Assembly: GCA_002269645.1 (NCBI GenBank)
Contig: NIVC01001804.1
Coordinates: 42,978-106,977, forward strand
Reading direction: 5' to 3'
From: Macrostomum lignano
Taxonomy: Eukaryota
DNA length: 64,000 nt
Shown here: in pieces, positions 46,801 to 57,300 of the stretch
Layout: each line of letters opens with the position of its first letter
How positions within the stretch are numbered: the stretch's first letter is position 1
Program-made: the position numbers and the translations under genes
Notes under the pieces: model-generated
Databases searched by the model: none
What the model was told of the DNA's origin: nothing
What the model saw: the letters and a program-made list of their open reading frames with translations, nothing else

Positions 46801-47921
46801 AAATTTCCTTTCTCTTGCTCTCTCACTCTGTCAAGCTTTTGTTTTATTGCTCATCCCAGCAGCCTATAAAACCGCTGAAAGCAGCGCCCATCTGTATGCA
46901 CCGGCCTCAATGCTAGCTTCTACTTATAAGAGCATCGAACTTTTTGCCCTATCGTCCATTTATTTCTTGCATTTTCTGCAAGCCGTTTGCATTTTGCAGC
47001 AAATTTGCGAGCCGTACTTGTCCAGCTAGTGTTTCGTTTAGCCATGAGCGTGAGCAGTCCTGCTCACGGCTCTCTTCATCAGTTTCTCGTACATTTGCAC
47101 GTGTGTTAATTAACAGAATTCATCAATACACCCTCGCTTTGACCACTAACCAGATGTTCAACCTTTTCTGTGTAATCCTTCGTCTCGTCTCTTGTTTATA
47201 TCTACGCATATTCCTAAACGGTCTAGTTGTCGATTGCCCATAAAGGAGTCACCAAGCAAACAACCAGTCCGATTTTGTTTGTAATTTTCAGTTTTTAGAG
47301 ACGATAAACCTTTAACTAACTACCAATTTATTGTTCAGAAAACTTGTGATTAATAATTGAACTTTAAATAAGGTAGTCACGGTGTTAGAAACTTTAAATA
47401 TAGGAACACAAAAAATAATTAAAAAATCAACCGTAACTGAGAAGCTACAAATTTTAAGCAGATTAACTTGAGTAGACATTGGAGCAGATCAACAAGTAGC
47501 TTACGCGAGCTCTTGAGCTGAAGGGGCAACCCAGCAGTCGGGAAAGCAAAAACTTGAATAAATAATAAAAAAACACGTCGGATCAAAAAAACTTATAAAT
47601 ATAAAAAAAATTGCGGCTAAATATGGATAGGCACGGCACACAAAACAGAAGGCTGCAAGTTCAGGAAAAGTTCGGTTGCTTGAGTAAACTGGAGGACAGT
47701 GTTTCAGCAGCAAGAACGATTGTTTGTCATAAGATAAACATCTCGATAACAAATTTTTAGCTAATTTTCGTGGCTACTGGGCTACATTTGCTTTGGGTTA
47801 CAAAGCTGCTACTTTCAATTCTAATTCTAACTCTTCTCAAGGCTACTACTTAGCACGTTGCTGAGTGAATATAATAGTGTCGACGTCTCAGAAACCGCTA
47901 AAAAATTTCATTGAGCAGCCT

Positions 47922-48374
47922 CTAAACTTTCCGAGCTCTTTCTGGATCGAAGCTAACAAGTCGTGAAAGCTGGTCGACCTTCTGCGGCGTAAGATGAAAT
48001 AGGCCGTCTTCCATCCGAACTTTCGTTTGCTGCAAGTGGCCGCTTACCACAGTCATGATGGTATTTAGGTCGAGCTCACGAAAGTTTTCCTCGATGAAAT
48101 CGCAAACAGTCTGCACGTACACCGAACCCGTGTCGGGGCTTCTAAAGGCGGCTGAGCCTGGAATATTGGCATAGCAAACCAAAACGTCGCCCTTTTCGGG
48201 AAGAACTGCAGTGTTGCACACTGGAGCGGGTGCCTCATCCGTTTCTACACGAGAATTGGGCAGAACAACTTGGTCGCGATGGCTTCCGCGACAGGCCTGG
48301 ATGAAGAACACCTTTGGCTTTCCTTCGAGGCTGCGGCAGACAGACGTCTGTGAAGTGGTGGTGAAGTCTTGGGC
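47922..48374 (-). CDS. P3 last exon: QACRG, VETD linker, small subunit
   Basis: AQDFTTTSQTSVCRSLEGKPKVFFIQACRG...SRVETDEAP...GDVLVCYA...FRSPDTGSVYVQTVC. Confidence 0.92.
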   Translation of the reverse strand, partial: AQDFTTTSQTSVCRSLEGKPKVFFIQACRGSHRDQVVLPNSRVETDEAPAPVCNTAVLPEKGDVLVCYANIPGSAAFRSPDTGSVYVQTVCDFIEENFRELDLNTIMTVVSGHLQQTKVRMEDGLFHLTPQKVDQLSRLVSFDPERARKV

Positions 48375-51300
48375 CTTTGAAACAATAAGTATGCAGTGTA
48401 CACTAGACTTTTCTAAATGCGAAAAACAAGTTCATTCTACGTGACCTACGCGCACTCGTTACCTTGGCCGTTAATTTAAACTTTCGCTTCAAATGACCCT
48501 TCTATTGATTCAATATTATGCATTTCTATTTGGGAGAATTTTAATATTACAATTTTTGTTTATGTCTTGATAAAAATATAAAAGATGATATTCTTGGCAA
48601 TACGCTCGTAGTTGGGCTTACCTGGAACCTATCAGTCAGATATTGAATGTGGTAGGGCAACCCGTCCCTACCGTAGATGCAGTCTTGGCTGCCGTGCGCC
48701 ATCATGAAGCAGACAAAGCTGCCGTGCTTGGCAAGGTCAGGTGATTTCTTTATCTCACTGAGGAAATCATCTATCTCCGCAGCAGTGAGGTTCTCTTTTA
48801 TCCAGACGATGAAGCGCAGACTCTCGAATACCTGTTTTACTCGTTCAACATCGCGAACCGAACCTTGACGCTCTTTGTGACTGAATGTGATGTGACTTCC
48901 GGAGTCGTACCTGCTGATGTTGATGATCAGGCAGTAGCCTTGCGGGTCCGTAACTGGATAGAAATTTCCTTTGAGCCTGGAATGCAGCAGATGCTCAATA
49001 TCTCGTATACATGTACTTTCTATTGTATCAAGGCCAAACAATACAATGTAGTGGCACCTTGAGCGTTGAGGTTGGACTGGTCTGCCACGCACAGCTTCTG
49101 TAGGATTTCTAAAAGATTTTCATATTGACATAGGAATAAATTCAATATAGGCTGGTATATTGAATATTTGTAAGCACTTCCCCAAGACCACGAGAAAAAT
49201 ATCTTTAACTTTGACTCACCGATCGGGTTCATCATCGCTTGGTTCCTCGCCAGGGGCATGGTCCGTGAAAACGTTTCGTCTGAAATGGCCAAAAAGGGTA
49301 AGCAGTTCTCTCAGCTGTGTGCTGTAGCTGTGTGCTGTAGCTGTGTGTGCTGTAGCTGTGTGTGTGTGTGTGTGTGTGCTGTAGCTGTGTGTGCTGTAGC
49401 TGTGTGCTGTAGCTGTGTGCTGTAGCTGTGTGCTGTAGCTGTGTGTGCTGTAGCTGTGTGTGCTGTAGCTGTGTGCTGTAGATGTATGCTGTAGCTGTGT
49501 GTGCTGTAGCTGTGTGTGCTGTGGCTGTGTGTGCTGTGGCTGTGTGTGCTGTGGCTGTGTGTGCTGTAGCTGTGTGTGCTGTGGCTGTGTGTGCTGTGGC
49601 TATGTGTGCTGAGGCTGTGTACTGAGGGAACTCACGGCAGTGCCAGAGGCTTGTCGAAGTAAATCTTGCCGTCGTACCTAAAAGGCAGTGCGGTTTCTGA
49701 AGTCAGGGAAAGTTGCGTGAGCCGATGCTCTTTGTTAAAATCTATCTGTTTTATCGATTGTCATTCTGTTGAATTTGTGGTTATCGTGCAGCAGCCGTAA
49801 ATTACGAGCTTTATACTCAACAGCATTGAAAAAGTCGCCACTCTGCACCAGTGAACAATTTCTCTTAAACTATTCTGAAATCAAAAAAATACGAGAAAAC
49901 TGAGGGCTAGCTTTAATTCGTCCTCGCACCGTCCGATTCCCCCCACTTCATTCCTCAACCCAAGTATGTGGCGTGGCGTAGCCAAAGTTGCATTACTAGC
50001 AAGACTGAGAGACTTCATCTGCACACTCGAAGGTGGCGACCATAGACGGAATCTTTCAGATGCTGCTGAGTATATATTGTTACTATGGTTTACCATAATA
50101 CTTGTATGTCTATGGTTGAAGTTGGGATGGGGGTGTGGGGGCGAAGCCCCCACATTCTTACCATAGAAAAAAATTTCATTAAGAAATTTCTCGAGTCACG
50201 AAGGAAGAGAAGAGAGAAGCTCGCTTATTTAGATACATATAATAATCCTTGCAATATGTCCGGGAAAGTGATCGATTAAATCCCGCAAAATAAAATCTAT
50301 GTCAATAACCTCCCTGAAAGTGAGCTTTAAATTGGTTTAATGACATTAACTGCCCGCTAATTTGCATTAAAGCAAGTTTGACTCCTGCAAGCGGGCTTAA
50401 ACGTAGTCTATGGGATTAAAAAGCAAGAATAAGTGCCCAGCGGGCACAAAGGTCATGGTACAATGCAAATTAGCGGGCAATTATGTCATTAACTGCCCGC
50501 TAATTTTGTCCCACTTTGTCAAGGACACAAATGTCTATGTTTATGGCACAATAATAGTAATACCCATGCTTTGCGGGCGTTAATGAGAAATCCTCCTAAC
50601 GCCGCCCTCTGATTTTCCCATTACGCTCGTAACGCCCTTCAAGCATGGGTATTAATGTACTATCACTCCTTGTCTTTGAGTTATTTTAATAATTGAATCA
50701 TTTACTGTTTGTCAATGATAGATCAAAGTCAGAGAGACATTCTCAGTCGCCATGGAAACTCACCCACGCAGCAGCTCAGCCAGTTCCTTCCTACCCTCCT
50801 TTTTGGCCAAATCCAGCGCAGTCCTGCCGCGCCCGTCCTTCAGGCTCCAATCCACCCCCGAGTCCAGCAGAACCCGACCGACTGCGGCGGCGGTGGCGGG
50901 GGGCGCATGGATGGCTGCCCACGAGAGGGCCGTGGATTCCCACTGATTCCTGGCATTGGCGGAGGCTCCGGCAGCCAGCAGAGCGGAGGCTGCGGCAGAA
51001 TTGCCAGCCCTGGCTGCATGGTGCAGACAACTGCAAGCCCATATATTCGCACAGGTGGGGTCACCCAGCTGCACCAGCTGCTTCCACAGAGCCTCATCAC
51101 GGCACGAGCTGTTCCGAGCTGCGTACATCAGTGCGGTGAAACCCCAGTTGTCAGGCAGGTCGCAGCGGCCGCGGGTCACCGCTCGCCGTAGCCTCGCCGA
51201 GTCGCCCGCTTCGGCCAGCCGCTGCAGTTCCTTTCGATCCGCCTCCTCCTGCAAAAGCAAGCGGGAAATTTGAGCACAGCTGCTCAGCTGCAGCCGCATC

Positions 51301-52749
51301 GGCACCGCAGATGCCGCTCACCTGGGCTGTCAGGCCGGAGATATAGCCATTTTTTCCCACAACCAGCCGCATCTCCCTGCAACAGTAAAAAAGTGAGCGG
51401 CAAATTTGCAATTTTCCTAAATCTGACAACTGGCCGCCAAAATTAAAATTTATTATTTACCATAGAAGTTTTATGGTAAATTTTAGAAAATATAAACTGG
51501 CAATTAGGCGGTTAAGGCCCCTTCGGGGGACCTGTACCTCCTTGTATGCCCCAGAGTATTTGTGAGACATTTGTGAAAAAGCATCCCCCAGATGGCAAGT
51601 ATATCCCAAAAACAAGCACCCGGATCCCCGATATAAATGCAACATAGTTTTGAAGCTAAAAATGGAATAAAGAATTTAAATAAACTACATGTAGCTTCTG
51701 AGCTTTAAGTCTTGACATCTCAGCAATTCCCCATGAGCCTTGACATCTCAGCAATTCCATTATGAGCCTTGTCATCTCAGCAATTCCATTATGAGCCTTG
51801 ACATCTTTGCAATTGGCCTTGACATCTCATCAATTCCCCCCAAGGTTCGCTTTTAAATGTGTCACACAGACACTCACTCTTGGTATATATTGGATTCCTA
51901 ATTATCTAATTAGCTGCTCACAGATGGACTTTTCAAAAGAACTGCAGCAGCGAACTGCTCACTCACCGCTCGATGTAGCTGGCCAGCTCTGAGTGGCCGC
52001 TGAGCCTCGCCAGGTCCGACGCCGTCCGACCCTCGCGATTTTTCAGTCCGAGCAGCCGCGACCTCTTCGAGTTTCCGTGCTGTCTGCACTCATTGAACAT
52101 TGCCTGCCTGAGCAGGTGCAGCAGGTGCTTGGCGCATTTCCAGCTTCCAGTCCGCGCCGCCTCCATCAGCGGAGTGGCGCCGTTGTCGTTCCGCAGCCAC
52201 TTCGCATCGAACGACAGCAGCGTCAGCAGCCGCAGGTGGTCCCGCCGGGCTGCCAGGTGCGCAGCCGTGTCACCGTTCGCGTCAGCCGCCTTGGAGTTCG
52301 CGCCCAGCTTAAATAAGTACAAGATGCACTTTTCAGTGTGCACGGGAGTCTCAGGAGCGTCGGCCACCAGCATGAGGACGGTCCGACGAGCTGCATCAGC
52401 TCTGGTGACCAGCTGGCGCGTTGCCAGCCGCCGCACCTGTCCGAAGTCACCTCGGATGGCGTCGTGGGCGAGAGTCTGGAGATCGGCTGGTGAGTCTCCG
52501 ACGCTTTCCCGGTTGCTGGGGTCCGGCTGAGTGAGTTTCTGCAACTGCAATTGAGACACCTGGGAGTTACATCAAAGTACTGAAATTTTTTGAGTCAACT
52601 TGCACAAGCAACCGGAGTCGCCGACTGTAGATAATTACTACTACATGTATTCAGTTTCTGTCGCTTCAACTTACCGCAGAGTTAGGGAAGTCGGTAATTA
52701 TTTCTTCGTCTTCTGACGATGAATCAGAATCGTCTGAGGAGCTTGACAT
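47922..52749 (-). CDS. P3: ankyrin-ankyrin-caspase, 8 exons, 744 aa, catalytic His/Cys intact
   Basis: Exons: 52749-52675 (75 nt), 52544-51967 (578; alternative acceptor 52559), 51376-51322 (55), 51248-50764 (485), 49677-49636 (42), 49279-49220 (60), 49108-48622 (487), 48374-47922 (453). Total 2235 nt = 745 codons, all AG/GT with matching phases. Contains MAHG and QACRG. Confidence 0.82.
48622..49108 (-). CDS. P3 exon 7: caspase large subunit
   Basis: PQGYCLIINISRY, ERQGSVRDV, SFVCFMMAHG; donor CAG|GTAAGC. Confidence 0.9.
49314..49622 (+). repeat. (TG)nCTGTAGC minisatellite in P3 intron 5
   Basis: Same unit as 1293-1785 in a shorter array. Confidence 0.93.
50764..51248 (-). CDS. P3 exon 4: ANK-A domain
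   Basis: CSCLHHAARAGNSAAASALLAAGASANARN; donor GG|GTGAGT. Confidence 0.87.
51967..52544 (-). CDS. P3 exon 2: ANK-B domain
   Basis: 578 nt; DTAAHLAARRDH, GATPLMEAARTG; donor CG|GTGAGT. Confidence 0.87.
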
Positions 52750-54358
52750 GGCAAAGCGCGGGCTTCTTAATTGTTGGCGCAGGATGTTGTCCGCAGCTTT
52801 GCATCCTGCTGAGCAGCAGATTTTATTGCTTTGCGGCGGCTGCTCGCAGCGGATTGGCTGAACAAGTTTCCATGTCACTGATGCACATTACACAGCTATT
52901 TCGAACTCTGCTCGTATCTCGTCTCACCTGTTTCTTTAATTAGCAACGAAAGCTCTTTCAAAAGCTGTGTCAGAAATGTACGGCATTGCTGTACACAATA
53001 GATAGCTATGTTCTATAGAATATCCTGATGGAATATCCAGACTATTTGAGCTGACTGAGACCCTTACTCTACTAAACATAAGCACCCACCTCCTGGCATA
53101 TATCAATTATGGTAATTAATGCAAAAACTATATTTCGGACTAAACAATATAATAAGCACAATGTCAGCTGAACCCGCACACAGGCACACTGAGATTAACA
53201 TTATTAGTAAGGAGCAGAGAATATGCGTCTATAGTGTTGAGACTGCATCGAGCTAGCCTCATGAAGGCCTGCGTGCCGCCGGTGAAGAGGTGGATGAGAA
53301 GCATGAGAGATGAAGCCAACAATTCCTGGAAATCGGATGCTGCTAGAAATTCTATTTAAAGTACATGTTCAACTTTATGACAAACTTGCGTCCACAACAC
53401 ATGAATGTGGATCTCAGATGCAAAATCGGCTCTCAGTTTTTTTCTATCAACCCGGATTCCACTGATTGTACTTGAAGGACCTGTTAAGCTCATAAAGTGG
53501 AGCTCGAGTAACATGTACGCAAATTATAAGCATTGTGATAAACTTTTATTTAGTTAACAAATTCACTTTTTTACGAGCCGTCAACGGCTGAGCCGCAAAT
53601 GTCTATGAGCATTTCGTACAGTACGAGCTATGCTCACTAACTAAAAGAGCCACGAAATATAATGAAGAGAACACTGTCTGTTGGGGTGAGTTAAAGGCTG
53701 CTACTCAAAATAACTAAAGGATTGGAAATCAATTCTTAAGAAGACCAACACAGATGACACTAGGAAGCTATGCTTGGCAAAAAAGTGACGAAAATTTGAC
53801 TTGGAATAGGGGAGAACAAGCAAGGGAATATTTAGGGAATATTTAGGGAATATTATCCCCTTGATTGTTCTCCCAAGTCTAACTTCTTAGTGCCATTGTG
53901 AGCAGAATGACAAAGATTCATTTCTTTGCGTGCATAGGTTACTCGGGTTCCACTTTATGGTCTTAAAATTAACAGGTTAAAAAGTTTAAAAAGAGGTTTA
54001 GCAGTGTCAATGGCAGGGTAGAGATTAAGGTATTTTATTTGATTTTGAATTTATATAACTGATGCCAGCTGACATACTGAGTTCTTCTAGCTCGACAATG
54101 GAATTAGTAGTCAGTACTCTGTCAGTAGTATAAAATCGCTAAACAAAAAATGAACCATTAAAAAATCCACTTAAGCAGACAAATAAAATGCAAACTTGAA
54201 ATTTGAACTCAGGGGTATTTTAATCAATGCATCAGCCATAAACAGCTGCTGAGCTGATTCTCACGGTTTATTGTAAAAGTCGTGACTGACTCAAACAAAA
54301 TGCGGCACTGCAGTCTGCAGATACAATGCGATTGGTAAAAATCATTTAGAACACCAAG

Positions 54359-57300
54359 TCAGGAGGTCATGTGAGGACACAGCCGGGCCACATTGTAGGC
54401 ATTGAGCAGCTCGGGCTTGAGGAACTTCCTGGCCCGCCAGTCCAGCTCGCCAACCAGCGCCGAATCACCCCAGCTGTCCTCGAACTCCAGGTAAGCCGCC
54501 CAGAAGGCCACCGAGCCGGGGCCGAGTCGGCCAGCGAGGCGTTCGAACTCGCGACGTACTCGAGCGATTGAGGCGGCGGAGCGGCTCGATGCGGCCTCCA
54601 GCTGGCAGTAGCGGCGCAGGGCACGAACTCCGGCCGTGTCCCTGGTAGGGGTGGCGGGAACGGTGGGAAAACTGCTAGACGATATGTATAGAAAACCACT
54701 TTTTTAACTAGTGGACTCAAGTCAAGATTCCTACCGATATGTATCGAAATCATCTTTCAACTTGTTGACTGAGTATAACCAGGACTCCTTCCGATATGTA
54801 TAGAAAACCGCTTTAAAATCTAATAAACTGGGTGTAATCAGGACACCTGCCGATATGTATTGAAAACGACTTTATAAACTAAAACTGGGTGTAATCAGGA
54901 CTCATGCCGATATGTATCGAAAACCGCATTATAAACTAATAAACTTGGTGTAGTCAGGACACCTGCCGATATGTATCGAAAACCGCTTTACAAACTAATA
55001 AACTGGGTGTAGTCAGGACACCTGCCGATATGTATCGAAAACCGCTTTATAAATTAATTAAGGTATGTAACAAAATTAATTTTTTCGAATTTAACAGATA
55101 TTTTAAATAACTATGACTATACAGATGTATCTACCCAGAAGCTAAATAAGCAATTCTAGCAGTCAAATCATAACTGAAACCCACCTGGAAGCCGCCCAGA
55201 CCTCTCGGGTCGCGTCCAGACCATCGGCAGCATCCAGCTTGGCCACAACTTCATTGTCAGGATCCGCAGCAGCAGCTCCGGCTGCATCAGCCACGCTCAG
55301 CATGGAGGCGTCCTCAACCTCCGCAGGCAGTGCGGCCAGCCGAGCCCGCAGGTCATCAGCGAACTTGTCAGCAACGGGCGGGCAGGCCTGAGCAGCTGAC
55401 AGCAGCCCCGTCAGCAGCTGCCGATCCTCTCCTGTAGACCTAGACGTCGAGTCGCCGAAGGTCTCCAGCAGGGCGGACAGAACCAGCGCGGCGGGCTCGC
55501 CGGCAGCCACCGAGTCCTCGTCGATGCCCGAAGCGGCGGGCAGGTCCTGGCGGCGGTGCAGCAGCCAGGCGGTGAGGCCGCACTCCAGCTTCAGCAGGCC
55601 GAACAGCAGGCGGCGGCTGCGCTTGTGCACCCGAAGACCGCGCAGTAGGAAGGCCCGCGCCAGCTGGGCGGACTGCAGCACCTCCTTGGCTGGGGCTGAC
55701 AGCCGGGCATCGGCCTGCGGGGTGGGGGAGACCCTTGGCTGGTGTCATTGATGATGAAGCTTACCTCATTAACCTGTGATGCTGCCGATCGAGCCCATAG
55801 CTAAACTGTTAAATCCTCAGCCAGTAAAATTACAGCCAACAGCCGGTAAAAGCTACAATCACAACCGGTGAAACCTACAATCCTAACTGGTGAAACCTAC
55901 AATCACAACCGGTGAAACCTACAATCCTAACTGGTGAAACCTACAATCCTAACCGGTGAAACCTACAATTCTAACTGGTGAAACCTACAATCCTAACTGG
56001 TGAAACCTACAATCCTAACTGGTGAAGCCTACAATCACAACCGGTGAAACCTACAATCCTAACTGGTGAAACCTACAATCCTAACTGGTGAAACCTACAA
56101 TCCTAACTGGTAAAACCTACAATCCTAACCGGTGAAACCTACAATCCCAACCGGTGAAACCTACAATCCCAACCGGTGAAACCTACAATCCTAACTGGTG
56201 AAACCTACAATCCCAACCGGTGAAACCTACAATCCCAACCGGTGAAACCTACAATCCCAACCGGTGAAACCTACAATCCTAACCAGTGAAACCTACAATC
56301 CCAACCGGTGAAATCTACAATCCTAACTGGTGAAACCTACAATCCCAACCGGTAAACCTACAGTCCTAACCGGTGAAACCTACAATCCCAACCGGTAAAC
56401 CTACAATCCTAACCGGTGAAACCTACAATTCCAACCGGTAAACCTACAATCCTAACCGGTGAAACCTACAATCCTAACCGGTGAAACCTACAATCTTAAC
56501 CGGTGAAACCTACAATCCTAACCGGTGAAACCTACAATTCCAACCGGTAAACCTACAATCCTAACCGGTGAAACCTACAATCCTAACCGGTGAAACCTAC
56601 AATTCCAACCGGTGAAACCTACAATCTTAACCGGTGAAACCTACAATCCTAACCGGTGAAACCTACAATTCCAACCGGTAAACCTACAATCCTAACCGGT
56701 GAAACCTACAATCCTAACCGGTGAAACCTACAATTCCAACCGGTGAAACCTACAATCTTAACCGGTGAAACCTACAATCCTAACCGGTGAAACCTACAAT
56801 TCCAACCGGTGAAACCTACAATCCTAACCGGTGAAACCTACAATCCTAACTGGTGAAACCTACAATCCTAACCGGTGAAACCTACAATTCCAACCGGTGA
56901 AACCACCTAATCAACAAAGCAAATGAAACTCACAGGCACCCCATCAGCGTCAGTCTCCATTCCCAAAGCCTGCTGTTCACTTTTCTCTTCATCTTTCAGC
57001 GACTTCTTTCTGCCCTCCTTCTGTCGCAGCCAGCGAGCCCGCGCCTCCAGCCGGTCGGTCCAGTGCCAGTCTGCAGCGGCCAGCCAGAGGTCCTCGCGGC
57101 CCGAGTGCACCTGCAGCATCCGAGCCAGAACTTTGCTGGCCATCTGCGGGTGTCCGATCTGCTCGCAGAATCTGGCGTGCGCGAGCCAGCAGTCCAGGCG
57201 CTCCTGGAATCTGTAGCAGGCCTGGCGGTGCAGCCGGTGCAGACGCTGCACTATGGAGGCTTCGATTCGATCCCGCTTGAAATAATAGCTGGCAGCGGCC

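Noticed and set aside
43860-46990. Coding potential or structured elements between P2 and P3
   Set aside because: The sequence is AT-rich with only short featureless ORFs; there is nothing I can support.
49000-49060. Short intron inside caspase exon 7 (AG|GTGCCAC; AG|GTGCTAC in P1)
   Set aside because: A phase-compatible acceptor exists in P1 but not in P3, and the frame is open through the segment in both (RCHYIV/RCYYII). I treated it as coding, but this is not excluded.
54367-54753. 128-aa ORF as the UTP6 last exon
   Set aside because: It is the wrong frame. The phase-2 splice at 54641 gives the HAT-like frame ending at TGA 54361-54359.
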